DNA of 64,000 nt from Halarcobacter sp. (GTDB taxonomy: Bacteria > Campylobacterota > Campylobacteria > Campylobacterales > Arcobacteraceae), in contig OY781089.1 in NCBI GenBank assembly GCA_963676565.1, positions 2,944,001 through 3,008,000 of the forward strand, in the 5' to 3' direction. The notes under the pieces were generated by a model. The model made no database searches. It was not told where the DNA came from and saw only the letters and a list, made by a program, of their open reading frames with translations. The stretch's first letter is position 1. Every line of letters starts with the position of its first letter. Both the position numbers and the translations under genes were made by a program. Of the stretch, positions 1-10,916 are shown one piece after another.

Positions 1-1
1 A

Positions 2-343
2 CTTTTTAAAACTCAATATGGTGAACCTTATAAAAACCATGATACTTTTACTGCCAACGATTGGGGCAAGCTTTTTGACAAAGTAAGAAAAGATAAGGCA
101 AAAAACCATATTCCAAACAATTTAAATATTAGACATAGAAGACTTTATCAGCTAAGACATAGTTTTGCATCAATTAACCTTTCTGGAAACAAATTACCTC
201 TTCTATATGTTAGTAAAATTTTAGGACATAGAGATCCCGAAACAACACTAAGAAAATATTCGAAATGGGTTGATTTAAATAAAGACTCTTCTTTTAATAT
301 GTTAGATAAAGCAACTGAAGCATTTGATTCTTTAATAGCATAA
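2..343 (+). CDS. Tyrosine recombinase/phage integrase, C-terminal fragment (runs off left edge)
   Basis: My frame +2 translation gives ...RRLYQLRHSFASINL...VSKILGHRDPETTLRKYSKW..., matching the integrase (H/Y)xLRH, LGH and catalytic Tyr boxes; stop TAA at 341-343. Not in the ORF track because the start lies outside the window. Confidence 0.9.
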   Translation, partial: LFKTQYGEPYKNHDTFTANDWGKLFDKVRKDKAKNHIPNNLNIRHRRLYQLRHSFASINLSGNKLPLLYVSKILGHRDPETTLRKYSKWVDLNKDSSFNMLDKATEAFDSLIA

Positions 344-536
344 TACTTTACTAAAAAACTGAAACTGTAAAACCTCAATTCATAGTTTTCTATGTACTGG
401 GGTTTTTTCTATAACGATTCTCTTCTTTTCCCATAATAATAACAGTAATTTTATCATTCCCTAAATTATAAAATTTAGAAAAAAGGTAACACTCTTTAAA
501 GTTAAAGCATCTTAATTAATTTTTTGATTTTCTTGT

Positions 537-556
537 TTGTCCGAAAGTTGTCCGAA
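537..556. repeat. Tandem direct repeat TTGTCCGAA x2 (candidate integrase arm-type sites)
   Basis: TTGTCCGAA at 537-545 and 548-556, between the integrase and the tRNA 3' end. Confidence 0.5.
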
Positions 557-570
557 GAAGTTTTTGGAGT

Positions 571-604
571 TTTGATATAAGCCCCATAAATGGGCTATAT
601 CAAA
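571..604 (-). terminator. Hairpin immediately 3' of tRNA-Ser (terminator or att-associated dyad)
   Basis: tttgatataagccc...gggctatatcaaa imperfect inverted repeat abutting the CCA end. Confidence 0.6.
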
Positions 605-695
605 TGGCGGACAAGGAGGGATTCGAACCCTCGGTACCGTTGCCAGTACGCATCCTTAGCAGGGATGTGGTTTCAGCCAACTCACCCACTTGTCC
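605..695 (-). tRNA. tRNA-Ser(GCT)
   Basis: Reverse complement GGACAAG...CATCC CT GCT AA GGATG, long variable arm, GTTCGAATC, CCA end. Confidence 0.96.
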
Positions 696-807
696 TTATG
701 AATTAGGGATGTAATTTTACTTACTAAGTACTTAAAAAATTCTTAATTTTATAACTTTTTTTCATCTTTTTTAAAAGTTATTAAAAAAGGAAAAAAGAAA
801 TGGAAAA

Positions 808-1494
808 TTAAATATTTTCCAATATCTTTTTTACTACCTCTTTAGGATTTTCTGCTTTATAAATTGGTCTTCCAACTACAATAAAATCAACTAAATTCTC
901 TTTTGAAAAAGGGATAGTAGCTACTCTTTTTTGATCACCACTATCTTCACCAAAAGGTCTAATACCTGGACATAAAGTTATAAACTCTGTAGATGTATTA
1001 TTTTTAATATCTAAACTTTCAAAAGCAGAACAAACTACACCATCAACTTTTGATTCAAAAGTATCTATAGCCATTTTAGTTGCTTTAGTTTCTATATCTT
1101 CATTATATACAGCCTTGAACTCTTCATTATCAAAAGATGTTAGAGCTGTAACTGCTAAAACCAATGGTTTATTTGGAATATCTTTAATTCTATCCATTAC
1201 AGTATTCATAGCTGTTTTACCTGAACTTGCATGAACATTAAACATATCGACTAAACCAAATTGAGCAATCTCTTGGGCTGCATCAGCCATGGTATTTGGT
1301 ATATCATAAAGTTTTAAATCTAAAAATATTTTGAAATTAGAATTAATTGCTTTTAAATCTTCTAAAAACTTTTTACCATCTCTAATGTAAGATCTAAATC
1401 CAACTTTTAACCATACATCAAAATCTTTAATTTGTTCTACTAAGGCCAAATTTTCTTTTGCACTTGGTAAATCTAATGATACACAAAGTTTCAT
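808..1494 (-). CDS. pyrF: Orotidine-5'-phosphate decarboxylase
   Basis: [23 protein letters not shown] motifs. Confidence 0.96.
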   Translation of the reverse strand: MKLCVSLDLPSAKENLALVEQIKDFDVWLKVGFRSYIRDGKKFLEDLKAINSNFKIFLDLKLYDIPNTMADAAQEIAQFGLVDMFNVHASSGKTAMNTVMDRIKDIPNKPLVLAVTALTSFDNEEFKAVYNEDIETKATKMAIDTFESKVDGVVCSAFESLDIKNNTSTEFITLCPGIRPFGEDSGDQKRVATIPFSKENLVDFIVVGRPIYKAENPKEVVKKILENI

Positions 1495-1495
1495 C

Positions 1496-1891
1496 TTAAG
1501 CCTTGTTGATTTTGTCTAAAAGACCATTTATAAATTTAGGCGCTCCATCACTTGCTAGTCTTTTTGAAAGTTCAATTGCTTCATTTATAACTATTGGTTT
1601 ATCTAAATCTTTAAATAAAATCTCATAAATTGCAAGTCTTAAAATTGATTTTTCAACTGAACCAATATCTTTTATTCCACCTTGATTTAGATGTGAAACT
1701 ATCTCCTCATCAATTTTTTCAATGTTATTTACTACACCATTAAATAAATCAAGGGCAAATTCTTTTTGCTTGTTTCTGATTTTTTTGTCTTCTAAAATCT
1801 CATCAACATATTTAACAATACCTTCATTACCTAAATCATACGCATATAAAAGACCAATTACTGATTCTCTAGCTTGTGTTCTTGTAGCCAA
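1496..1891 (-). CDS. nusB: Transcription antitermination factor NusB
   Basis: [24 protein letters not shown]; follows ribH; TTG start. Confidence 0.95.
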   Translation of the reverse strand: MATRTQARESVIGLLYAYDLGNEGIVKYVDEILEDKKIRNKQKEFALDLFNGVVNNIEKIDEEIVSHLNQGGIKDIGSVEKSILRLAIYEILFKDLDKPIVINEAIELSKRLASDGAPKFINGLLDKINKA

Positions 1892-1892
1892 A

Positions 1893-2363
1893 TTATTTTC
1901 CTATTTCACTATATAAATCTAACATCTCAATAATAGTAACCATAGCCTCTGCACCTTTGTTTCCAACTTTACTTCCAGCTCTTTCAATCGCTTGTTCAAT
2001 TGTATCAGTTGTTAAAACTCCATTTGAAACAGGTTTTCCATATTTTAATGTAACAGTTGCAATACCTTTAGTTGCTTCAGCAGAGATATAATCAAAATGA
2101 GGAGTTGCACCTCTAATTACAGCACCTACACAACAAACTGCATCATATTTTCCAGTTTCAAGAGCTTTTTCTAAAGCAAATGGGATTTCAAATGCACCTG
2201 GAACTAAAATCAAATCTAAATTCTCTTCATTTCCACCATGTCTAACAAAGGCATCTTTTGCACCTTCAACTAATCTATCTGTAATAATGTGATTAAATCT
2301 TCCATTGATAACGGCAACTTTTTCATCACCTTTTAATCTTAATTTTCCTTCAATAATGTTCAT
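1893..2363 (-). CDS. ribH: 6,7-dimethyl-8-ribityllumazine synthase
   Basis: [31 protein letters not shown]. Confidence 0.97.
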   Translation of the reverse strand: MNIIEGKLRLKGDEKVAVINGRFNHIITDRLVEGAKDAFVRHGGNEENLDLILVPGAFEIPFALEKALETGKYDAVCCVGAVIRGATPHFDYISAEATKGIATVTLKYGKPVSNGVLTTDTIEQAIERAGSKVGNKGAEAMVTIIEMLDLYSEIGK

Positions 2364-2392
2364 ACTTACCTCTTTAATTTTAACTAAGGGCG

Positions 2393-3193
2393 CTAATTAT
2401 ACCCTAATACATCTTTGATAGCAAAAATGTCTTCTACAACCTTATATAACTCATCCACTTGAACCATATTTGGTCCATCACTTAAAGCAACACTTGGATC
2501 AAAATGAGTTTCAAAGAAAAATCCATCAACACCAACTGCAGCTGCTGCTTTTGCTAAACTTGGAACAATTGCAGCATTTCCTCCTGTTGTTCCACCTGTA
2601 CTTGGAACTTGTGCAGAGTGAGTTGCATCAAAAATTACTGGAGCATACTCTCTCATTGCAATTAGATTTTTCATATCCACAACTAATGCACCATATCCAA
2701 AGGTATTACCTCTTTCACAAAGCCAAACATTGTTTTCCTTAGAGTTTTCATATGAAACCTCATCACAACCTCTAGTTCTTAATACTTTTTCAACTGGGTG
2801 TTTCATAGAACCAGCTGCTAAAAACTGCCCCTTTTTAATATTAATTTTACAATCTGTCTTAGCAGCAGCTACTAATAAATCTGTTTGTCTACATAAAAAA
2901 GCAGGAATTTGAAGCACATCTAATACTTCAGCAGCAGGTGCAGCTTGGTAAGATTCGTGAATATCAGTTACAAGTCGATATCCAAATTGTTCTTTTACTT
3001 CTTGGAATAATTTTAATCCCTCATCTAATCCAGGTCCTCTAAAAGAGTCTAAACTAGTCCTATTTGCTTTATCAAATGAAGCTTTAAAATAAAAATCTAC
3101 CCTTTTATCTTCACTTAATGGTTTCAATTTTTCTGCAATTCTCATTACAGTATCTCTATCTTCTAAAACACATGGTCCTGTTAATACAATCAC
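2393..3193 (-). CDS. kdsA: KDO-8-phosphate synthase
   Basis: [35 protein letters not shown]. Confidence 0.97.
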   Translation of the reverse strand: MIVLTGPCVLEDRDTVMRIAEKLKPLSEDKRVDFYFKASFDKANRTSLDSFRGPGLDEGLKLFQEVKEQFGYRLVTDIHESYQAAPAAEVLDVLQIPAFLCRQTDLLVAAAKTDCKINIKKGQFLAAGSMKHPVEKVLRTRGCDEVSYENSKENNVWLCERGNTFGYGALVVDMKNLIAMREYAPVIFDATHSAQVPSTGGTTGGNAAIVPSLAKAAAAVGVDGFFFETHFDPSVALSDGPNMVQVDELYKVVEDIFAIKDVLGYN

Positions 3194-3208
3194 ACATTAT
3201 CCTTTTTT

Positions 3209-4894
3209 CTAATTCTTATTAAATATTGTTCTTTTCTCTTCACCTGTGTAAACATAATGAAACTCATAAAAGTTTTGAGCAATATATTCTATATCATTTT
3301 TTGCATTTTCATCACAAGCAAAAAGTATCTCATCTTCTTCATGTAATTTTATATCATGTTCTGGTAAAAGTTTATATTCACCGTTTCTATGAATCAATAG
3401 CGGTATTATATTGTTTTTTTGTTCTCTATTATATAAAGAGCAATTAAAAATCTCTAAAAAAATCTCTTTATTTTCTTTAATTGCCTTAAAAATCTCAGGG
3501 GAATTAGTCTTATCTATCTTTTGTTCATGTAAGATTGGATTTTCATCTATTGTCTGTATTAAATCTTTTACAAGTTTAGAAGCCCATACATCATCTTGCT
3601 TACACATCATTCTAATAAATTTATCAGATAGTGGACTTATAAGTGCATTTGTAGTTTTATTAATTAAAATTCTTGAAGGCATAAAAATATGATCAATTTT
3701 AGCACTTTTGAAAATAGATAAATCCTCCATCTCATTTTCTCTTGCTATTGTCATAATCTTTGGATTCAATTTCTTTGCAGTTGCTAAGATTGAAAGATTT
3801 GTTGTATCATTATTTGTAGCAGAAATAATAGCAACAGCATCTTCAATACCCACATTTAGAAGTAGTTCTTTATCATCTGCATTACCAAAAGTTATATGTC
3901 TTTTTAGATCACTATTAAAAGTTCCAACTTTTGCTTTATTCATCTCTATAAACTCAGCTTCAACCTTATCTGAACGTAAAACATTATAAATATGTTGTCC
4001 CATTCTCCCAAATCCACAAACTATATATTTACCCTTAGGGAAAACTGGAAGATTTGCATTTAGATTATCTATTTTATAAATCCATTTTTCAAGTTTTAAT
4101 AAGTTTGGTGCATTTATTGCCATTTCTATTTCACTTGAAATTATAGAAAAAGGGTTTGCTATTATCTCCACATCCAAATCCCTTAAGTTTTCACTGTGGT
4201 TTGTAGTAGTAGATTTAATAGCAAGTCTTACATGTGGATTTAAAAGTTTTGAAGTTAAGGCAATTCTTAAATTCAAAGAGTCATTTTCAAAAATTGAAAC
4301 TAATCCTTTACAATTGTATTTTTTAATACCAGCTTCCTCTAAGGCCTTTGGAGTAAAAGCATCAGCAACTAAAACTGGAACTGTAGGGGTAAAGTTTTCA
4401 AGTCTTAGGGCACTTGCCCTTTCTTCATCCTTTTCAATTACAACTGTTCTAATACCTTGTTCAATTGCTCTATTTATAATTTCACTTGTGATTTGATTAT
4501 AACCTAAAATGATTATGAATTTATCTTTTAATCTTTTTACTTGATGAATAAATCTTGTTCGCTCAATCTCCCTTAAAAAAAGTTTATCTTGAAGTAAGGC
4601 AACCAAAGTACCAATTCCATAAAACCACCCAAGAACAGTTAGATAGATAGAAAAGCTAACCCAAAGTCTTTGGGGATAAGTAAAGGTATATGGAGTTTCA
4701 CCAAAACCAATTGTTGAGGCAGTATATGATACAAAATAAAATGCATCAAAAATACTCATATGATAAATATTTCCTTTATCATCAACTCCATCAATTATTA
4801 ATAAACCAATAATAGCAATGGTATATGTAACAATAATTACAATAAATGGTCTTCTCATCCTTTGAAGGATGATAAATAAAGAACTATTTTTCAA
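3209..4894 (-). CDS. Potassium channel protein with two RCK/TrkA-N domains
   Basis: Two TM helices flanking pore signature TIGFGE; two Rossmann-like segments (IIILGYNQI, IVCGFGRMG). Confidence 0.88.
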   Translation of the reverse strand: MKNSSLFIILQRMRRPFIVIIVTYTIAIIGLLIIDGVDDKGNIYHMSIFDAFYFVSYTASTIGFGETPYTFTYPQRLWVSFSIYLTVLGWFYGIGTLVALLQDKLFLREIERTRFIHQVKRLKDKFIIILGYNQITSEIINRAIEQGIRTVVIEKDEERASALRLENFTPTVPVLVADAFTPKALEEAGIKKYNCKGLVSIFENDSLNLRIALTSKLLNPHVRLAIKSTTTNHSENLRDLDVEIIANPFSIISSEIEMAINAPNLLKLEKWIYKIDNLNANLPVFPKGKYIVCGFGRMGQHIYNVLRSDKVEAEFIEMNKAKVGTFNSDLKRHITFGNADDKELLLNVGIEDAVAIISATNNDTTNLSILATAKKLNPKIMTIARENEMEDLSIFKSAKIDHIFMPSRILINKTTNALISPLSDKFIRMMCKQDDVWASKLVKDLIQTIDENPILHEQKIDKTNSPEIFKAIKENKEIFLEIFNCSLYNREQKNNIIPLLIHRNGEYKLLPEHDIKLHEEDEILFACDENAKNDIEYIAQNFYEFHYVYTGEEKRTIFNKN

Positions 4895-4906
4895 AAAAAG
4901 CCTTTA

Positions 4907-5284
4907 TTATCTTTTTGATTTTAAAGTATCACCAACATACAACATAACTGAAACTATGTTTGCTAATAACGCTCCACCTGATAAAGATATAATTACTGAT
5001 ATAATCTCCGTATTTATTGTATAAGCATATGCCGCAACTGTCCAAACTGTAGCTGCTGCAATCAATTGAATATCTGCAACAAGTGAAGTTGCTAATAAAA
5101 CTGAACCCATTTGTGTTTTATCACCAAGCTTTAATATTGTAGCTATTACATTAATTATAATTGCCGCCATAAGTTCATATTTACTATGGTGTTCTAAAGA
5201 ACTCATATCTCCATAGAAGAAACCAAAATTTATTGTCATTGCTAAAATAATAAAAAAACCTGAGATAACCTTATCAAGATTCAT
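4907..5284 (-). CDS. Small multi-TM membrane protein (DUF6394-like)
   Basis: Four hydrophobic segments; NFGFFxGD and LKLGDKTQ resemble DUF6394 from recall. Confidence 0.6.
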   Translation of the reverse strand: MNLDKVISGFFIILAMTINFGFFYGDMSSLEHHSKYELMAAIIINVIATILKLGDKTQMGSVLLATSLVADIQLIAAATVWTVAAYAYTINTEIISVIISLSGGALLANIVSVMLYVGDTLKSKR

Positions 5285-5311
5285 ATATCTTCCTTTAATT
5301 CTATTTGGGAA

Positions 5312-6196
5312 TTAATCCTTCTTTGAAGAGACTAAAACTCCACTGAAAACTATCAGCATTATACCTAAGATAATCCAAATATCAGGAAAAGCATCACCTA
5401 GCATAAGGCCAATCAAAATTGAAAAAGCGATATTTGCATATGAAATAGTTCCTATAATTCCAGCTTTTGCAACAGAATAAGCCTTTGTCATATAAATTTG
5501 TGCAAAGGTAGCAACTATTCCAAGTAATATAATAAATAACCAATCTTCAGATTTTGGCATAACAAATTTAGCAAAAACAAAATCTAAACTAGGGTTTGTG
5601 TAAAATTCTGAAATTATCATTAAAATAATAGGACCTAATGTTCCAATTCCCATAAACGATAAAACAATAGTTCTGCCATCATAAAACTTTCTAAGCTCTC
5701 TAATTGAAGTGTATGCAAGCCCTGCTCCAACACCACATAAAATACCTAGCCAATCAGTTTTATCTAAAGATGAACCATCAAACTTTGTTATAAACAAAAT
5801 TCCTATAAATCCAATAAATACACCAAGCCAACCTTTAAAACCAATTTTCTCTTTTACAAAAATATAAGCAAAAATTGCAGTAAAAATAGTAGAAGTTCTA
5901 GAAAAAGTCATTGCTTCCCCTAAAGGGATATTTGCAATATTATAAAAAAACATCAAAAGTGCAGTAAATCCAGCTAAACCTCTAAATATCAACAACCAAG
6001 GTTTTCCACCAACTTGCTTTACGGGTTTTCTGTATATTGAAATTAAAATTAAAAAAACTCCAAAAACATTCCTAAAAAATACAACTTCTAAAGAACTCAT
6101 TGAATTACTTAGTTCTTTTGCGAAAGCTCCCATTAGGGCAAATAAAAAAGAGGCAAAAAGCATATACTTTATGCCTAAAGATACATCATTAGTCAT
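5312..6196 (-). CDS. DMT/EamA family transporter
   Basis: About 10 TM segments in two repeats; EVVFFR and KEKI motifs. Confidence 0.88.
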   Translation of the reverse strand: MTNDVSLGIKYMLFASFLFALMGAFAKELSNSMSSLEVVFFRNVFGVFLILISIYRKPVKQVGGKPWLLIFRGLAGFTALLMFFYNIANIPLGEAMTFSRTSTIFTAIFAYIFVKEKIGFKGWLGVFIGFIGILFITKFDGSSLDKTDWLGILCGVGAGLAYTSIRELRKFYDGRTIVLSFMGIGTLGPIILMIISEFYTNPSLDFVFAKFVMPKSEDWLFIILLGIVATFAQIYMTKAYSVAKAGIIGTISYANIAFSILIGLMLGDAFPDIWIILGIMLIVFSGVLVSSKKD

Positions 6197-6342
6197 TAAA
6201 CGTCCTCTAAAAAACGAATTTTAGTCACTTTGCAGTTAAAGGTTTATTATTAATTAACTTAAATTTAAAAATTAATATTTTTAGTTTCATTTGGGTAAAA
6301 TTATTAAAATTTTAAAGATAATAGATGTTTATAGGAAAATAA

Positions 6343-7608
6343 TTGGAATACTTAAAGATTAATGGTGAATCAAAACTAACTGGTGAGGTTGAAATCTCTG
6401 GAGCAAAAAACGCTGCATTACCCCTAATAGCAGCAACAATTTTAGCAAAAAATGAAATTAGCATTTGTAATATGCCTAATGTTGTTGATATTAATACATT
6501 ATTAAAACTTATTGATAAACTTGGTGGAACTTTCAAAAAAGAAGAAACATGTATCAAAATTGATACTTCTAAACTAAGTAAAACAACTGCAACATACGAT
6601 ATTGTAAAAACTATGAGAGCCTCAATTTTAGTTCTAGGACCTATTTTAGCTAGATTTGGTCATTGTGAAGTTTCACTTCCAGGTGGTTGTGCAATTGGCC
6701 AAAGACCAGTAGATTTACACCTAAAAGCACTTGAAGCAATGGGCGCACAAATAAAAATAAATCATGGATATATTGAAGCTACTGCTCCTAATGGTCTGAA
6801 AGGAACAAAAATTGTATTCGATAAAGTTACTGTTGGTGGAACTGAGAATACTGTAATGGCTGCAGCTTTAGCAGATGGTGTTACAACTATTATAAATGCG
6901 GCAAAAGAGCCTGAAGTTCAACAACTTTGTGAAGTTATAAGAGATGCTGGGGTTTTAATAGAAGGAATAGGAACTGATACTTTAATTATTCACGGAACAA
7001 ATAGAAAACTTTTAGAGTTTAAAGATTTTGATGTTATTCCAGATAGAATTGAAGCAGGAACGTACCTTTGTGCAGCAGCAATTACAAATTCGAAACTAAA
7101 AATAAGTAAGGTTAATCCTATTCACCTTGAAGCGATACTTTCAAAACTTGAAGAGATGAACTTTGAACTTATTCAAGATGAAACGTCAATAACTGTATTA
7201 CCAACAGATGAGATTAAACCTGTAAATATTGTAACAAGAGAATATCCAGGTTTCCCAACAGATATGCAAGCTCAATTTATGGCATTGGCAACTCAAGCAA
7301 ATGGTACAAGTACAATTGATGAGAGACTATTTGAAAATAGATTTATGCATGTTAGTGAGTTACTAAGACTTGGTGCAGATATCCATTTAAATGGAAATAT
7401 AGCAACAATTAATGGAAAAGCTAATTCACTTAATGGAACTGATGTTATGGCTACAGATTTAAGAGCTTCATCAGCATTGGTTTTATCAGCTTTAGTAGCA
7501 AAGGGAGAAACATCAATTCACAGAATCTATCACCTAGATAGAGGATATGAAGATTTAGAAGGAAAATTAAATCAAATTGGTGCAAAAGTTGATAGGTTTA
7601 ATGAATAG
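6343..7608 (+). CDS. murA: UDP-GlcNAc 1-carboxyvinyltransferase (housekeeping copy)
   Basis: [52 protein letters not shown]. Confidence 0.97.
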   Translation: MEYLKINGESKLTGEVEISGAKNAALPLIAATILAKNEISICNMPNVVDINTLLKLIDKLGGTFKKEETCIKIDTSKLSKTTATYDIVKTMRASILVLGPILARFGHCEVSLPGGCAIGQRPVDLHLKALEAMGAQIKINHGYIEATAPNGLKGTKIVFDKVTVGGTENTVMAAALADGVTTIINAAKEPEVQQLCEVIRDAGVLIEGIGTDTLIIHGTNRKLLEFKDFDVIPDRIEAGTYLCAAAITNSKLKISKVNPIHLEAILSKLEEMNFELIQDETSITVLPTDEIKPVNIVTREYPGFPTDMQAQFMALATQANGTSTIDERLFENRFMHVSELLRLGADIHLNGNIATINGKANSLNGTDVMATDLRASSALVLSALVAKGETSIHRIYHLDRGYEDLEGKLNQIGAKVDRFNE

Positions 7609-7655
7609 TTAGGATAAAAATAAAACAAAATTGAAATAATAAAAAAGGCTGTTAA

Positions 7656-8753
7656 ATGAAGTTAGAAATTTCTCTATTTAGATTTGATTATAAATCAGAT
7701 TATTTACCGTATTACACAAAAAACTTTATCAAAGTTGATAAACAAAAAACACTGTTGGATATTTTAAATACAATAAATCAAGAATACCCTTTTGGATATG
7801 AAAAGAGTACAGATTTTAATGTAGTAGTAAATGGTGTATACTTAACATTAGGTATTTCAATTGATGAATTGGTGGATAATTTTGGGAAAGATTTAACAAT
7901 AGAGCCAATCTCAATTAGAAGAGCACATACAGACCTTTTAATAAATCAAGCTGATTTTGAAGATAGATTAAAAGTTTTAAGTGAATTTATTGATGAAGAA
8001 GATAAAAAAATTTATGAAGATTATAAAATTTATTTTTATGCTTCAAATACAATAAACTATGAGTATGATTATATTGGTGATTCAATTTTATTACTTGCTT
8101 ATGATTTAATTGAAAAAAACCCTTCAAATGAAAAAGAGATTTTAGAGGCTTTAAATGAATATGAGTGTTCAGCTTCATATCATACAAGTTTACAAAATAG
8201 AGTTTATAAAATTGACTCTTCAATTGAAGAAAAAATATCTAAAATCAAAAACAAATTAGGTTTAACAAAACCAGTTAATGAACAAGACTTATTTTTAGAA
8301 AAGAAAAACCCTATAGATTTTGGAACTTTTGATGAAACAAAAGAGATTAAACATGATTTCTCTGATTTTAATTTAGCATACTTCAAAGGTATTGAAACTG
8401 ATGAACAAACAAATAAACTAATAGCTAATTTAAATGCAAAAATTATAAACACTCCATTATCTAATATTGATTTAGCTTTAGATACCTTTCATTTAAATAG
8501 TGATTTTACAATGAAACTAGCATCAAATGTTATGTTAGAAGCATTTGATAATGGAGCTGATTTGATAATTGTTGATGATGAAAATATATTTAATCTATTT
8601 GATTCAAATAGAAGAAGTTTAGAAAATGCTTGTGGAAGAGAGATTCCAATTCCTGTACTTCATAAAAATGAATTACAAAAACTTGCATGCGCAGAACATG
8701 AAAGTGTAAAAGAGAGTTTATCAAAACATATTATTGACCCTGAAATAATTTAA
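7656..8753 (+). CDS. Hypothetical protein, DUF5644-like (SdhB-like N-terminus, HdrB/CCG-like C-terminus)
   Basis: SLFRFD...TLLDIL...LTIEPIS resembles the SdhB/FrdB N-terminus; GADLIIV...IPVLH resembles a CCG domain; cysteine motifs are missing. Confidence 0.55.
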   Translation: MKLEISLFRFDYKSDYLPYYTKNFIKVDKQKTLLDILNTINQEYPFGYEKSTDFNVVVNGVYLTLGISIDELVDNFGKDLTIEPISIRRAHTDLLINQADFEDRLKVLSEFIDEEDKKIYEDYKIYFYASNTINYEYDYIGDSILLLAYDLIEKNPSNEKEILEALNEYECSASYHTSLQNRVYKIDSSIEEKISKIKNKLGLTKPVNEQDLFLEKKNPIDFGTFDETKEIKHDFSDFNLAYFKGIETDEQTNKLIANLNAKIINTPLSNIDLALDTFHLNSDFTMKLASNVMLEAFDNGADLIIVDDENIFNLFDSNRRSLENACGREIPIPVLHKNELQKLACAEHESVKESLSKHIIDPEII

Positions 8754-8761
8754 GGATACAA

Positions 8762-9382
8762 ATGTTTCTTGATTTCAAGTTTGTATTTTTTGGTTCTTTA
8801 ATAACCTTAAGCTTAATACCTTTGTATATCTATAGAAAAGAGATATACAAAAGGTTTTCAAAAAAAGGGAATCTAAAAGTATTTATAAAAGATTTAAATG
8901 CCTATTTGACATATAACTATCCAAAAATAAACTTTAATTTTGATATTGTTGAAAAACTTGATGAAAAAGACTTACTAAAAACAAAACAAATTTTGATTAT
9001 CGAAGATTTAACCAGACAATTTGTATACTTTGAATATGAACTTAGTACGCAAAAAAGTGTATCTAAAGAGAAACTTTGGAGTTCATACGATCAAAATTCT
9101 ACTTTACATAAAGATAATAAATTTCCTGTAGATTGGCCTCAAAGAAAAGAAGCTGCATGGAATAGAGAAGAAGGTAAATGTAATAGATGTGGTACTAAAA
9201 CTAAGCTTGTAGATGCAAATGCTCTACTTGCTAAACAGATGAAAAATGGTGGTGGCTTTAATCTTGAAAATGTTGTAATCTTATGTAATGATTGTGCGAG
9301 AATTATAAAATCTCAAAATTTAGAAAAAACAAAAAAAGATTTAAACTTTTTAGATAAACTTATGAAAAAAGTTTCATACTAG
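8762..9382 (+). CDS. Membrane-anchored HNH-fold protein (degenerate active site)
   Basis: N-terminal TM; CNRC...GGGFNLENVVILCNDC Zn-finger/HNH layout. Confidence 0.7.
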   Translation: MFLDFKFVFFGSLITLSLIPLYIYRKEIYKRFSKKGNLKVFIKDLNAYLTYNYPKINFNFDIVEKLDEKDLLKTKQILIIEDLTRQFVYFEYELSTQKSVSKEKLWSSYDQNSTLHKDNKFPVDWPQRKEAAWNREEGKCNRCGTKTKLVDANALLAKQMKNGGGFNLENVVILCNDCARIIKSQNLEKTKKDLNFLDKLMKKVSY

Positions 9383-10866
9383 TTTATATTAAAATATTTT
9401 TTCATTCTTAACTTATGTTTCTCTTCATTTGTTAATTGATTTTTTGAAACCTGTGAAGAGTTTTTCAACCCTTTTTTTGATTTATCTTTAGCATTTAAAA
9501 TCAATAAAACTTTTTCTAAAAACTCATCCTCTAAACTTTTTAATTTTGATAATTCTTCCCTTATATAAGTCAAATCTTTGTTTAATGGAACAACATAAGG
9601 TGTTATTATTACAACTAGACTTTTATTTTGCACATCATTTAGCCTATTTTTAAATAACTCACCAATTAATGGAATATCTCCTGCAATTGGTATTTTTTCA
9701 ACAGATTTTTGATTTTTATTTTCTATTAAACCTCCTAGAATGACACTTTCACCGTTGTTTACAACAGCTGTTGTTCTTAACTCTTTTTTAGAAGTATTAG
9801 GGTTTGAGTTTGTATAATTCTCATTTTTTATACCTTCTAAAATAGTATCTATTTGAATTAAAACTTTATTTTCTTTAGAAACTCTTGGTTTTACTTTTAA
9901 AGTCAAACCTACATCTTCCCTTTCAAAATTTGTTTTTGTAGTTCCACCATCAGTTGTTGTACTTCCCGTTTGAATAGAGATAGTTTCCCCTACATATATT
10001 GAACTTTGCTTATTGTTTATACATAAAATTGAAGGTTGAGATATAATATCCAAGGCATATGTTTTATTTAAAAGATTTAAACTAGCCCCTAAAGCAATAG
10101 ATGAACTTACATTTGGAATTTGTATATTTAAACTACTTGTATCAATTGCAATTGCTTCCCCTAGATTTAAATTTGAAGCAAAGGTATATAAACCTCCACT
10201 AAAAGCTTTTCCTCCAAAAATGCCAAATCTTAACCCCACATCTTGTAAAAGATTGTTGTTTAGCTCTATTATATTTGCCTTAATATAAACTTGCTTTTTC
10301 TCAACATCTAATTTACTAATAAGTGTCTTTAAATTTTTGACCTCATCATAATTTCCATCAATAATAATTGAATTGAACTCTTCATCTATTGCTATTGTAG
10401 TTTTTTCTTCCCTTTTAGCAATTACCTCTTTTAATATTTTTTCAAGATTTTTAGCTTCTATATTTGAGAGAAAAACAACTTCTGTATTAATATCTTTTTT
10501 TATACTTTTTGTTATATTTTTACTAATAATTTTATTTTGTTTTTGGACTACTTTTCTTCTAATTGGTGTTAAAACTTTAAAATCACTTTTTACAACCCTT
10601 AAAATATTGTCACTTTCAATTAATTTATAACCATTTGATTCTAAACTAAATTTTAATATTGACAAAAGTTTACTCTTTTCAATTGGTTCATTTGAGATAA
10701 AATCTACTTCACCCTCAATTGAATCAGTAACAAGAATACTTTTATTGATACTTTTTGATGTTACATCAATAAGTTCTTTTAGTTTTAAACCTTTAAAGTT
10801 TATATTTATTAGTTCACTAGAGAATAAATTTGTAAGTAATAATAAAAGAAGAAAAAATAGTTTCAT
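9379..10866 (-). CDS. gspD: Secretin, GspD/PulD-like
   Basis: Signal peptide, N0 and N domains, QVYIKANIIE, EREDVGLTLKVKPRV, ILGGLI, KIPIAGDIPLIGELF. Confidence 0.85.
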   Translation of the reverse strand: MKLFFLLLLLLTNLFSSELININFKGLKLKELIDVTSKSINKSILVTDSIEGEVDFISNEPIEKSKLLSILKFSLESNGYKLIESDNILRVVKSDFKVLTPIRRKVVQKQNKIISKNITKSIKKDINTEVVFLSNIEAKNLEKILKEVIAKREEKTTIAIDEEFNSIIIDGNYDEVKNLKTLISKLDVEKKQVYIKANIIELNNNLLQDVGLRFGIFGGKAFSGGLYTFASNLNLGEAIAIDTSSLNIQIPNVSSSIALGASLNLLNKTYALDIISQPSILCINNKQSSIYVGETISIQTGSTTTDGGTTKTNFEREDVGLTLKVKPRVSKENKVLIQIDTILEGIKNENYTNSNPNTSKKELRTTAVVNNGESVILGGLIENKNQKSVEKIPIAGDIPLIGELFKNRLNDVQNKSLVVIITPYVVPLNKDLTYIREELSKLKSLEDEFLEKVLLILNAKDKSKKGLKNSSQVSKNQLTNEEKHKLRMKKYFNIN

Positions 10867-10916
10867 AAAGTTTCCAAAATAATTTTAACAATTATAATAA
10901 AAGCTTACTTATAATT

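Noticed and set aside
148..378. 76-aa minus-strand ORF
   Set aside because: Antisense shadow of the integrase fragment on the plus strand.
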